Positions 19,876 to 29,243 of a DNA stretch of 61,678 nt are shown in pieces; the first letter of the stretch is position 1, and each line of letters opens with the position of its first letter. The DNA comes from an uncultured Bacilli bacterium. GTDB taxonomy: Bacteria; Bacillota_I; Bacilli_A; RF39; UBA660. The translations under genes were made by a program, and so were the position numbers. The notes beneath the pieces are model-generated. The model was not told the DNA's origin, did not search any database, and saw nothing but the letters and a program-made list of their open reading frames with translations. The DNA is taken from positions 1-61,678 of the forward strand of contig CALVSP010000002.1 of NCBI GenBank assembly GCA_944359065.1. The letters run 5' to 3'.

Positions 19876-19916
19876 CTCCTATTAGTTATATTAGCCAAAA
19901 GGAGGTCAAATTCCTG
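19876..19916. repeat. Copy B of the 41-bp repeat shared with 10594-10634
   Basis: Same 25-bp core. Here the core ends directly at the Rpn ATG. Confidence 0.8.
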
Positions 19917-19953
19917 CTTAAATTTTTAAAAAATTGTAATTTCTTACAATTTT

Positions 19954-21690
19954 TCATTTATCTATTTTTATTCCTAATTCTTTTAACTGTTTTTCATCAA
20001 CGATATTTGGACATTCACTCATTAAATCATTAGCACTAGCTGTCTTAGGAAATGCAATAACATCTCTTATGTTTTCTGTATTAGTTAATAACATTACTAA
20101 TCTATCTAATCCTAAAGCTAAACCACCATGAGGAGGAGTACCATATTTTAATGCTTCAACAAAGAATCCGAATTTTTCTTTAATTTGTTCCTCGGTTAAT
20201 TCTAATGCTTCAAACATTTTCTTTTGAACATCTTGATTATGAATTCTAATACTTCCTCCACCAGCTTCATATCCATTGATAACAATATCATAAGCTTTAG
20301 AATAACAATTAGCTTTATCAGTTAATAATTTATCAATATCACTATCTTTTGGAGCTGTAAAAGGATGATGACAAGCTACATATCTATTTTCTTCTTCACT
20401 ATATTCAAAAGATGGAAAATCAACAACCCATAATAATTCATAATTATCACTTATTAGATTTAATTTTTTGCCTAAATTTAATCTTAAAGCACCTAATGCT
20501 TGTTTAACGATTGATTTTTTATCAGATATTATTAAAACTAAATCATTATTTTCTAAATTTAATTTAGATTTTAATTCATTTAATTCTTGGTCCGTTATAA
20601 CTTTAGCAATACTACCACTAATTTCATTATCAATTTTTAAATATGCTAAACCTTTTGCTTTATAAGTTTTAATAAAATCAGTTAATTTATCAATATCTTT
20701 TCTAGAAAATTTATCAGCGCTATCTTTAACAACTAAACAATTAATAATACCATTATTATTAATTACATCTTTAAATATACTAAACTCAGTATTTTTAAAA
20801 ATATCAGTTATATCATTAATCTTCATATCAAATCTTAAATCAGGTTTATCAGATCCATAATAATTTATAGCATCATCATATTTCATTCTTCTTAATGGTA
20901 ATTTAATATCGATATCTTTTATTTGCTTAAATACATAAGCAATTAATCCTTCAACAGTAGTCATAACATCATCTTCAGTTACAAAACTCATTTCTAAATC
21001 CACTTGCGTAAATTCTGGTTGTCGATCAGCTCTTAAATCTTCATCTCTAAAACACTTAGCAATTTGAAAATATCTTTCCATACCCCCGACCATTAATAAT
21101 TGTTTAAATATTTGTGGTGATTGTGGTAAAGCATAAAACTTACCATTAAATATACGAGATGGCACTAAATAATCTCTCGCACCTTCAGGTGTACTTTTAC
21201 ATAAAATTGGTGTTTCTATTTCTAAAAAATTTAATTTATTTAAGTACTCTCTAATAGCAAAAGTAATTTTATGTCTTGCTTCTAACTTTTCTTTTAATTC
21301 TTTTCTTCTTAAGTCTAAGTATCTATATTTTAATCTTGTATCTTCTAAAGCTGTTGTATCATTTAAATTAAAAGGTAAATCGATACTAGTATTTAATACT
21401 TCTAATTCATTAATAATAACTTCAATATCCCCCGTTAATAAGTTTTTATTTTTACTTTCTCTTTCCGTTATAGTTCCTTCTACTTTAATAACATACTCAT
21501 TTTTTAAAGATTCTGCCAAATCATAAAATTTATTATCTGGTTTAACTACTAATTGAATAATTCCGCTTCTATCTCTTAAATCAATAAATATTAAACCACC
21601 TAAATTTCTTTTTTTCGCAACCCAACCATATAAAGTTACTACTTCACCTATATTTTTAATATTAAAATCTGTACTATTATTTACTTTCAT
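19954..21690 (-). CDS. aspS: Aspartate--tRNA ligase
   Basis: 578 aa with an N-terminal OB fold and class II motifs ([31 protein letters not shown]). Confidence 0.95.
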   Translation of the reverse strand: MKVNNSTDFNIKNIGEVVTLYGWVAKKRNLGGLIFIDLRDRSGIIQLVVKPDNKFYDLAESLKNEYVIKVEGTITERESKNKNLLTGDIEVIINELEVLNTSIDLPFNLNDTTALEDTRLKYRYLDLRRKELKEKLEARHKITFAIREYLNKLNFLEIETPILCKSTPEGARDYLVPSRIFNGKFYALPQSPQIFKQLLMVGGMERYFQIAKCFRDEDLRADRQPEFTQVDLEMSFVTEDDVMTTVEGLIAYVFKQIKDIDIKLPLRRMKYDDAINYYGSDKPDLRFDMKINDITDIFKNTEFSIFKDVINNNGIINCLVVKDSADKFSRKDIDKLTDFIKTYKAKGLAYLKIDNEISGSIAKVITDQELNELKSKLNLENNDLVLIISDKKSIVKQALGALRLNLGKKLNLISDNYELLWVVDFPSFEYSEEENRYVACHHPFTAPKDSDIDKLLTDKANCYSKAYDIVINGYEAGGGSIRIHNQDVQKKMFEALELTEEQIKEKFGFFVEALKYGTPPHGGLALGLDRLVMLLTNTENIRDVIAFPKTASANDLMSECPNIVDEKQLKELGIKIDK

Positions 21691-21691
21691 A

Positions 21692-21880
21692 ATTCCTCCT
21701 TAATTAAAAAAATTCTATAAATATAAGGGCGAAATATCGCGGTGCCACCTTATTTCATAGAATTCTATGCTCTTAAAATCTTTAACGGGATTAACCGATT
21801 ATTTTTTAGTTTGCTGTCTTTCTATATATTTCATAACTGATTTCCACCCGCCATCAGCTCTCTAAATAATTAATATATAT
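21692..21880 (-). promoter_or_regulatory. T-box riboswitch leader (Asp specifier) upstream of aspS
   Basis: On the minus strand, AGAGAG stem I starts at about 21863. A GAC-A triplet lies at 21818-21815. The T-box sequence GGTGGCACCGCG is at 21749-21738, followed by a hairpin and T-run. Confidence 0.75.
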
Positions 21881-21926
21881 ACTCTTTCAAACAAATATTA
21901 AATATATTGTATCACATTTATAAATC

Positions 21927-21955
21927 TTGTCAATACTATTATTATATGATATAAT
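21927..21955 (+). promoter_or_regulatory. Strong sigma-A promoter with extended -10
   Basis: TTGTCA (21927-21932), 17 nt, TGATATAAT (-10 hexamer at 21950-21955). Confidence 0.55.
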
Positions 21956-21979
21956 TCTTAATAGAAATGAGGCGATAAT

Positions 21980-22108
21980 ATTAAAAACTTAAGTATTGTT
22001 GGTATTGGATTAACCATTTCAACTATTTTATTTATTATTTTATCACCTATTATTATTTTATTAGTATTGTTAAGACTATGTACTAAAAAATTAATGGATA
22101 CAAACTAA
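21980..22108 (+). CDS. Possible 42-aa hydrophobic peptide (needs a non-canonical ATT start)
   Basis: GAGG lies 7 nt upstream of ATT. The product would be (M)KNLSIVGIGLTISTILFIILSPIIILLVLLRLCTKKLMDTN. The frame has no ATG/GTG/TTG near its 5' end. Confidence 0.25.
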   Translation: MKNLSIVGIGLTISTILFIILSPIIILLVLLRLCTKKLMDTN

Positions 22109-22127
22109 AGATTACTTTAGTTTTTTT
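22102..22127 (+). terminator. Rho-independent terminator of the small plus-strand unit
   Basis: AAACTAAAG-ATTA-CTTTAGTTT followed by TTTT. It overlaps the stop of the convergent 74-aa ORF. Confidence 0.6.
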
Positions 22128-22336
22128 AATTGTTTATTAGCATCATAAGTCATTTTGCCGGATATTAAAGCATTACCAACCATTAAAGCTCCTGCAAAAT
22201 ATCTTATAGTAGGTTCTTGAGAAGTTAAAACACCACTTGCAATACCTGCACTCATTAAAGCAAAAGAAGAGGTAGCTAAAACACCTAAATTTCTACTTAA
22301 TCTTAATAAACCTTTTTCAGTTTGAATTTCATTCAT
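22112..22336 (-). CDS. Small hypothetical membrane protein
   Basis: 74 aa with two Gly/Ala-rich hydrophobic segments. Confidence 0.45.
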   Translation of the reverse strand: MNEIQTEKGLLRLSRNLGVLATSSFALMSAGIASGVLTSQEPTIRYFAGALMVGNALISGKMTYDANKQLKKLK

Positions 22337-22384
22337 TTTTAATCACCTCGAGTAATAATATTATATAATATTTTTAGTTAATAA

Positions 22385-24940
22385 TCAAATATTTTCTTCT
22401 CTTATCGCTTCTAAAATATTTTCTTTTTTAATTCTTATTGTAGCATACCACATACTTATTAAAACTATAATAAATACACCAAATATAGCTATTAATATAC
22501 TTCCATATGGTATTAACATACTATCAAATGTTACTATACCATTAAATGATAAATGGAATAAATAAATAATTATAAATGATACTGGTAAACCATATAATAA
22601 TGATTTTAATCCAAAGAATAAGCATTCAAACAACATCATTTTATTAAATCCTTTAGGAGTCAAACCTATACTTCTTAATACTGCAAATTCTTTTTTTCTT
22701 AAAGCTATACTTGTATTAATAGTATTTATTACACTTGTTACTCCTATTAAAGTTACTAAACTAATAAAACCATATAATAATAATTTAATAACAATAACTA
22801 TATTAGATAATAATTGCAATTCTTTTTTAATATTAACAGTATATACATTAACATCATCAGTTAAGATATTTTCTTTACTTTCACTATCTAATAATTTATC
22901 AAATTCATCATAATTATCAGCTAATAAATACATTGATGCAAAATTAATATCATCACCTTTTAGTTTATTATATGTATTACTATCTATTATAATTGTAAAT
23001 GAAAACATATTAGTATTTTCTATACCAAATGGTAATATATCTGTCATATAAATGTTTTCTAATTTATATTTATCTTTTTCAGAAATATTAAATTCTAATG
23101 CTTTTATTTCATTAAATATAGTCATTTTTACTTGTTTCCTTGAATTAGAACTATAATCTATACTATTATAAACATTTAATAAAATAGGACGATTTGAATT
23201 TAAACCTATTTGTTTTTTATATTCTTCATAAGATTTATCATCTAAACATAAAAGATTAATACTAATTTCTACTTGATGTTCAAATGAATAATTTTCTAAA
23301 ATCTCTTTAGTAAAATATTTTTCATTCATTTCTACAGCAAAATTAAGTTCTTTTATTATACTATATTTTTTAATACCGTCTACTTTTAAAACTTGATTAA
23401 TAATAGAATCTATACTTTCTTTATTATTACCAGAAAAACTAGCAGCATATTCATATTGTGGTAGTTCAGTAAAATCATAAGCACTTGTTACTCCATATTT
23501 TAATAAACTACTAAATGATACAAATAATACAATACTTATAAATAATGAAATAATAGTTATACGATATTTTTTCTTGTTTCTCTTCATATTTTTATAAGCT
23601 ATTTCGCCTTCAACACCAAATAATTTAACAATTTTAGGTGTTTTTAATTTTTTAGATTTTATTTTAATATCATCATTTAATCTAATAGCTTCAATAGGAC
23701 TTACTTTACTAGCTCTTTTAGCAGGTAAAAATGCTGATACTAATATTGTTATTATCATAAATATTATTGGTATAATAACAAATAAAGGATAAGTTGCTAA
23801 AGCAAGTGGAAAATCAAATATATTAGGTAATAATTTATTAACAATCATTAAGACTATTCCAATACCTAAATAAGCTGAAGCAACACCTAATGGTATACCA
23901 ATTATACCAACTATGAATGCTTCAAAAAATACAGTATGTCTTAATTGTTTTCTAGTTGCGCCAATACTTGAAAATAAACCAAATTGTTTTTTTCTTTCCA
24001 TTACTGAAATAGCAAAGGAATTATAAATAACAATTATACAAGCAATGGATACCAAAGATAAAATTATAATTATTATATAAGCCATTGAATCCAACATATT
24101 AGTGTAATTAGATACTCCTGAAAGTGCTAATAAATTATCATTGTAATTTACTTGTTCATAATAAGCATAATCTTCTGAAACTGATTTATAACCTAAATTT
24201 TGAGCAATAATTTCACTATTTTTATATGTATCTTTAACATTTTTATAATTAATATAAACTGTTAGTATTTCACTTGGCTCAGTAACAGTAAATGCACTAT
24301 AACCAGGATCTTCATATTTTTCTAATATATCTCTTTTTATAATACCAACAATAGTATATTCTTTCTCTTTAGTATCAACTAAATGTTCCTCTTTAATAAA
24401 TTCTTCTTTTTCTTCATCATAGTATAATGCTATTGGTGTATCTTCTAATAAAGTATTATTATCATCTACTCTTTTACCAATATTTAATTTTATTTTATCT
24501 CCAACATTTAATTTTACTTCTCCATTAGTTTCTAAATGTTCAGATATAATAATTTCATTTTCATTATTAGGTAATCTCCCTTCAATTAATTTTAAGTCTT
24601 CTAAATATTCTTTAGATGCAGTTAAAACATTAATATAAGGTTTATATTCATTTGTAATACCATCATATAATGAATATCCTAAACTAGATTTATATTTATA
24701 TTTTGATACATTATCATTTTTGGATATGAAATCTAATTTAGATTTTTCTAATTCAATAGCTACATGATGATCACCACTATTTTCAATGATCATTTTAACA
24801 GAATTATCTCTTACTGTTGAAAATAATAAGCCGATACCTACCATCAAAGCCGTTGATAGAATAATTCCTATTATTGTTACAATAGTTCTTTTTTTATTTG
24901 ATTTTAAGTGTTTAATTGTTAAATTATTTAATATTTTCAT
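22385..24940 (-). CDS. ABC transporter permease, double FtsX/MacB-type (paralog 1)
   Basis: About 851 aa with two FtsX modules, each with a large extracytoplasmic domain. The ATG at 24940 is preceded by GGAGGG. Confidence 0.8.
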   Translation of the reverse strand: MKILNNLTIKHLKSNKKRTIVTIIGIILSTALMVGIGLLFSTVRDNSVKMIIENSGDHHVAIELEKSKLDFISKNDNVSKYKYKSSLGYSLYDGITNEYKPYINVLTASKEYLEDLKLIEGRLPNNENEIIISEHLETNGEVKLNVGDKIKLNIGKRVDDNNTLLEDTPIALYYDEEKEEFIKEEHLVDTKEKEYTIVGIIKRDILEKYEDPGYSAFTVTEPSEILTVYINYKNVKDTYKNSEIIAQNLGYKSVSEDYAYYEQVNYNDNLLALSGVSNYTNMLDSMAYIIIIILSLVSIACIIVIYNSFAISVMERKKQFGLFSSIGATRKQLRHTVFFEAFIVGIIGIPLGVASAYLGIGIVLMIVNKLLPNIFDFPLALATYPLFVIIPIIFMIITILVSAFLPAKRASKVSPIEAIRLNDDIKIKSKKLKTPKIVKLFGVEGEIAYKNMKRNKKKYRITIISLFISIVLFVSFSSLLKYGVTSAYDFTELPQYEYAASFSGNNKESIDSIINQVLKVDGIKKYSIIKELNFAVEMNEKYFTKEILENYSFEHQVEISINLLCLDDKSYEEYKKQIGLNSNRPILLNVYNSIDYSSNSRKQVKMTIFNEIKALEFNISEKDKYKLENIYMTDILPFGIENTNMFSFTIIIDSNTYNKLKGDDINFASMYLLADNYDEFDKLLDSESKENILTDDVNVYTVNIKKELQLLSNIVIVIKLLLYGFISLVTLIGVTSVINTINTSIALRKKEFAVLRSIGLTPKGFNKMMLFECLFFGLKSLLYGLPVSFIIIYLFHLSFNGIVTFDSMLIPYGSILIAIFGVFIIVLISMWYATIRIKKENILEAIREENI

Positions 24941-24999
24941 ATTTTGTTCCCTCCACAATAATTGTATTAAATTATTATTACAATTAAATGACTAAAGTC

Positions 25000-25015
25000 G
25001 TGACAATTTTGTCAT
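25000..25015. promoter_or_regulatory. BceR-like response-regulator box 1 (TGACA-N4-TGTCA)
   Basis: GTGACAATTTTGTCAT lies between permease 1 and the first small-ORF promoter. Confidence 0.45.
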
Positions 25016-25031
25016 ATATGTTAATTTATAA

Positions 25032-25060
25032 TTGATTTTTGTATAAAACTAATTTATAAT
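25032..25060 (+). promoter_or_regulatory. Promoter of small ORF copy 1
   Basis: TTGATT, 17 nt, TATAAT. Confidence 0.55.
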
Positions 25061-25137
25061 TAATGTTGAGATATATTTAATTTAAGTTAGGTGTTTTACT
25101 CTATTTTTAATTTATTTTAAGAATGGAGGTGATTTCT

Positions 25138-25224
25138 ATGAATATAAAATTTATAGAAAGGAATTTAAATGCAATTAATTGTAGCATTTGCTATGATTGT
25201 TCTTTACACAATCCTAGTCCTTAA
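25138..25224 (+). CDS. Unannotated 28-aa Cys-containing peptide, copy 1 (MNIKFIERNLNAINCSICYDCSLHNPSP)
   Basis: The RBS GGAGGTGA lies 5 nt upstream of the ATG. The ORF has its own promoter and is followed by two hairpins. Copy 2 is identical. Confidence 0.5.
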   Translation: MNIKFIERNLNAINCSICYDCSLHNPSP

Positions 25225-25246
25225 AAATAAGGACTAATCTTAAATG

Positions 25247-25277
25247 AAAACACCGATTCTTCTTTGAACGGTGTTTT
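25247..25277. terminator. Bidirectional hairpin terminator (copy 1)
   Basis: AAAACACCG, loop, CGGTGTTTT. The stem is conserved and the loop varies among the 3 copies. Confidence 0.55.
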
Positions 25278-25409
25278 CTCAAACAAACAATCTAGAGAAA
25301 ACATTTAACATCGCAAAATTAAATGTATCTCTTTTTTAATATATGAAATAATTCATATCTATATACATTTTACTATAGATTAATTAGTTTGTCAACAATT
25401 AATTTATAG

Positions 25410-25438
25410 TTGATTTTTGTATAAAATTAATTTATAAT
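25410..25438 (+). promoter_or_regulatory. Promoter of small ORF copy 2
   Basis: TTGATT, 17 nt, TATAAT. Confidence 0.55.
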
Positions 25439-25514
25439 TAATATTGAGATATATTTAATTAAGTTAGGTGTTTTACTCTATTTTTAATTTATTTTAAGAA
25501 TGGAGGTGATTTCT

Positions 25515-25601
25515 ATGAATATAAAATTTATAGAAAGGAATTTAAATGCAATTAATTGTAGCATTTGCTATGATTGTTCTTTACACAATCCTAGTCCTTA
25601 A
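25515..25601 (+). CDS. Unannotated 28-aa Cys-containing peptide, copy 2 (identical)
   Basis: 87/87 nt identical to copy 1, with the same RBS and terminators. Confidence 0.5.
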   Translation: MNIKFIERNLNAINCSICYDCSLHNPSP

Positions 25602-25623
25602 AAATAAGGACTAATCTTAAATG

Positions 25624-25655
25624 AAAACACCGATTCAACTTAAGAACGGTGTTTT
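25624..25655. terminator. Bidirectional hairpin terminator (copy 2)
   Basis: AAAACACCG, loop, CGGTGTTTT. Confidence 0.55.
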
Positions 25656-25769
25656 CTTTACCCAAACAAATAGAGAAAACACTTAACATCGGAAATTAAA
25701 TGTATCTCTTTTTTTAATATATGAAACAATTCATATCTATATACATTTTACTATAGATTAATTATTTTG

Positions 25770-28256
25770 TCAAATACTTTCTTTTCTAATTATATCTAAA
25801 ATGTTTTCTTTTTTTATTTTCTTAGTAGCATACCACATTGTCATTAATACTATTATAAATATACCTAATATTGCAATTATTATACTTGTATATGGTATTA
25901 TTAAACTAGTTTTTACCATTTTATTAAAAGATAAATGAAATAAATAAGTTATAATTAACGATACCGATATACCATATATTAATGATTTTAATCCAAATAA
26001 TAAACATTCAAATATAATCATTTTATTAAATCCAAAAGGAGTTAATCCAATACTTCTTAACATAGCAAATTCTTGTTTTCTTAAAGTAACACTCATATTA
26101 ATTGTATTAATAACACTAGTAACACCGATTAAGGTTATTAAAATAACAAAACCATATAATATTATTTTATATGCTAGTAAAGTATTGTATTGTTCCTGCA
26201 TCGTTTGTTTAATATTATCAGTTCTAATACTAACATCTAAAATATCTTCATGTAATAATTCATCAACTTTAGTAAAATTATCACCATTTAAAGTTAATAT
26301 TATATTATATTCATCAGTATTTATTTTATTAAATGTATCTTCATCAACAATTAAAGTATATGTATAAATCCAAGGTTCAACATTTTCTATTTTAATATCA
26401 GACATATAAATATTATCTAAAACAAAATTATTATTATTATCATCATATATATTTAAACGACTAATATCTTTATATAAATTAAATCCTTTAATATCTTTAT
26501 TTATTCTTCCTTCTTCAACCAAATAATTTAATAAAATAGGTCTGTCATCAATATTAAGTTGTTTTTTAATTTGTTCGTATGTTTTATCATCTAATATATA
26601 TAAATGAACATATTGTTTAAGACTACTACTTATTCCAAATTCATTTATTACTTCATCAGTATAATAATCTAGATTAAAATCAGATTCTAATGTTTTTAAT
26701 TCAATTAAACTATTTTGCTTTACTCCCTCAACATTTAAAACTTGATTAATAATTTCATCTATTTTATTTTTATCTTTACCTGATAATCTAACAAAATAAT
26801 CATAACTTGGAATATCCATAGCATCTTTACTAGATTTAATTGTATAGTTTAAAAACGAACTAAATGAAACATATAAAACAATACTTAAAAATAAAGATAA
26901 AATAGTTATATTATATTTTTTCTTATTTCTCTTCATATTTTTGTAAGCAATCTCTGCTTCAATACCTAATTTTTGAATTAATTTAGGTGTTCTAAACTTT
27001 TTAATTTTAATTTCATTATTTAATCTAATTGCTTCAATAGGACTTACTCTACTTGCTTTTTTAGAAGGATAATAAGCTGCTAATGCAATAGTTAAAATAA
27101 TAAAAATAAGGGAAATCAACATATATAAAGGATATATTGATAATTCTAACGGAATAGATAAACTATTAACTAATAATTTATTAACAACTGATAAAATAAT
27201 ATTAATACCAATAAAAGATAAAATTAATCCTAATACAATACCAATAATACCTACTACAAAAACTTCAAAAAATATTGTATATCTTAATTGTTTTTTAGTA
27301 GCACCAATACTTGAGAATAACCCAAATTGTTTTATTCTTTCGGTAACTGATATAGCAAAAGCATTATAAATTACAATAACACTTGCAACTGTAATTAATA
27401 TTAAAATAATTAATAATATTGCAATTGATCCTTTAATAAAATTATTATCTTCACCAATTCCATAATAATAAAGTAAACTATCATTATATTTTAAATTACT
27501 TTCATAATTTAAATTTTTTATAATTAATTCACTATTTTCATATGTTTTAAAAACATTTTTATATCTTACATAGACACTTAATAAGTCGATAGGTTCAGAA
27601 ATAGTAAATACGCTATACCCTGGATTAAAGTAGTCTTCATATATATCTTTTTCAACTATTCCAACTATTTTATATTCTTTATATTCTACATTTATTAATT
27701 GCTCTTCTTTTGTAACTTCATAATTACCATCACTTAAATATTTATATTCGACTATATAAGCACTTTCACCTAATAATTTTCCATCACATTCTCTTTGTCC
27801 AACATTTAATTTAATAGTATCGCCAATGTTTAAATTAATATTTCCTTCAGTTTTAATATTGTTAGAAATAATAACTTCATTTTCATTGTTAGGTAATCTT
27901 CCTTCAATTAATTTTAAATCATCTAAATAACTTTTTGATGATGTTAAAACTTGTAGATATTTTTTATTTTGCAATCCATCATATAATGAATACCCTAAAC
28001 TAGATTTATATTTATATTCTAAAACACTGTCATTTTTAGATATAAAATCTAAATCCTCTTTTTTTATATTTATTTTTGCATTGTAATCTCCATTGTACTT
28101 TATTGCTGATTGAATGCCATTATCTCTAAGACTAGAAAATAATAAACCCAATTCGGTCATCAAAAAAGTAGCTAACATAATTCCGATGATTGTTAAAATA
28201 GTTCTTTTTTTATTCGCTTTTAAATGTTTAAAAGTCAAAATATTTAATATTTTCAT
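25770..28256 (-). CDS. ABC transporter permease, double FtsX/MacB-type (paralog 2)
   Basis: 828 aa, colinear with paralog 1 but substantially diverged. Confidence 0.8.
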   Translation of the reverse strand: MKILNILTFKHLKANKKRTILTIIGIMLATFLMTELGLLFSSLRDNGIQSAIKYNGDYNAKINIKKEDLDFISKNDSVLEYKYKSSLGYSLYDGLQNKKYLQVLTSSKSYLDDLKLIEGRLPNNENEVIISNNIKTEGNINLNIGDTIKLNVGQRECDGKLLGESAYIVEYKYLSDGNYEVTKEEQLINVEYKEYKIVGIVEKDIYEDYFNPGYSVFTISEPIDLLSVYVRYKNVFKTYENSELIIKNLNYESNLKYNDSLLYYYGIGEDNNFIKGSIAILLIILILITVASVIVIYNAFAISVTERIKQFGLFSSIGATKKQLRYTIFFEVFVVGIIGIVLGLILSFIGINIILSVVNKLLVNSLSIPLELSIYPLYMLISLIFIILTIALAAYYPSKKASRVSPIEAIRLNNEIKIKKFRTPKLIQKLGIEAEIAYKNMKRNKKKYNITILSLFLSIVLYVSFSSFLNYTIKSSKDAMDIPSYDYFVRLSGKDKNKIDEIINQVLNVEGVKQNSLIELKTLESDFNLDYYTDEVINEFGISSSLKQYVHLYILDDKTYEQIKKQLNIDDRPILLNYLVEEGRINKDIKGFNLYKDISRLNIYDDNNNNFVLDNIYMSDIKIENVEPWIYTYTLIVDEDTFNKINTDEYNIILTLNGDNFTKVDELLHEDILDVSIRTDNIKQTMQEQYNTLLAYKIILYGFVILITLIGVTSVINTINMSVTLRKQEFAMLRSIGLTPFGFNKMIIFECLLFGLKSLIYGISVSLIITYLFHLSFNKMVKTSLIIPYTSIIIAILGIFIIVLMTMWYATKKIKKENILDIIRKESI

Positions 28257-28314
28257 AATATTACTCCTTTAAAATATTATAGCAAAATATTATTATTTTA
28301 AAGTGACTTATTTA

Positions 28315-28330
28315 GTGACATTTTTGTCAT
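28315..28330. promoter_or_regulatory. BceR-like box 2
   Basis: GTGACATTTTTGTCAT upstream of permease 2. Confidence 0.45.
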
Positions 28331-28331
28331 A

Positions 28332-28483
28332 TTAAATAACAAAACACCGATCAACTTAAGAACGGTGTTTTCTCAAAGTTTAAACAAAGGAAACACTTAA
28401 TCTTCCGAATTAAATGTATCTCTTTTTTTAATATATGAAATAATTCATATCTATGTACATTTTACTATAAATTAATTAGTTTG
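28332..28483 (+). repeat. Third, partial copy of the tandem unit (terminator hairpin + tail only)
   Basis: It aligns with 25241-25396 and 25618-25769. It lacks the promoter and small ORF. Confidence 0.85.
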
Positions 28484-29167
28484 TCAAATATTATTTTTCT
28501 CATCACTAATTATTTTACCATCTTCTAAAGTAATTATTCTATCAGCGCATAACGCTAAATTATGGTCATGAGTAATCATAATAATAGTTTGCTTATATTT
28601 TTGATTAGATAGTTTTAATAATTCGATAATTTCTCTACCTGCTTTACTATCCAAATTACCAGTTGGTTCATCGGCTAATAATAACGCTGGTCTATTCATA
28701 AGGGCTCTTCCAATACTAACTCTTTGTTGTTGACCACCAGATAATTCATTAGGTAAATGATTTACTCTATTACTTAAACCTAAAGTATCTATTAATTCAT
28801 TTAAATATTTTTCATCAGGTTTTTTATTATCTAATAAAATAGGTAAAGTTATGTTTTCTTTAATATTTAAAATAGGAATCAAATTGTAAAATTGATAAAT
28901 TAACCCTACTTGACGACGACGGAAAATAGCTAAATTAGTTTCATTTAATTCATAAACGTCAACACCATCAACAAACACTTTACCACTAGTAGGATGATCG
29001 ACGCCACCTAAAATATGTAATAAAGTTGATTTTCCACTACCACTACTTCCAACAACAGCAATAAATTCACCTTTTTCAACTTTAAAACTTACATTATCTA
29101 ATGCTTTTACTAAAGTTTCACCTTTACCATAATTTTTACACAAATTTTCTACTCTTAATATTTCCAT
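28484..29167 (-). CDS. ABC transporter ATP-binding protein (MacB/BceA-like)
   Basis: Walker A GSSGSGKST, signature LSGGQQQR, Walker B LLLADEPT. Confidence 0.9.
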   Translation of the reverse strand: MEILRVENLCKNYGKGETLVKALDNVSFKVEKGEFIAVVGSSGSGKSTLLHILGGVDHPTSGKVFVDGVDVYELNETNLAIFRRRQVGLIYQFYNLIPILNIKENITLPILLDNKKPDEKYLNELIDTLGLSNRVNHLPNELSGGQQQRVSIGRALMNRPALLLADEPTGNLDSKAGREIIELLKLSNQKYKQTIIMITHDHNLALCADRIITLEDGKIISDEKNNI

Positions 29168-29227
29168 ATTATTTCTCCTTCCAACATAATTATATTAAAT
29201 ATTTATTACAATTAAATGACTAAATCA

Positions 29228-29243
29228 ATTACAAATTTGTCAT
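29228..29243. promoter_or_regulatory. BceR-like box 3 (TGACA-N4-TGTAA on minus strand)
   Basis: ATTACAAATTTGTCAT upstream of the ATPase gene, overlapping the HK stop. The flanking 45 bp are shared with box 1. Confidence 0.45.

Larger units (their letters stand above)
25021..25769 (+). repeat. Tandem duplication, two units of about 377-378 bp
   Basis: Unit 1 (25021-25398) aligns with unit 2 (25399-25769). Over the promoter, leader and ORF there are only a few substitutions and one 1-nt indel. Confidence 0.9.
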
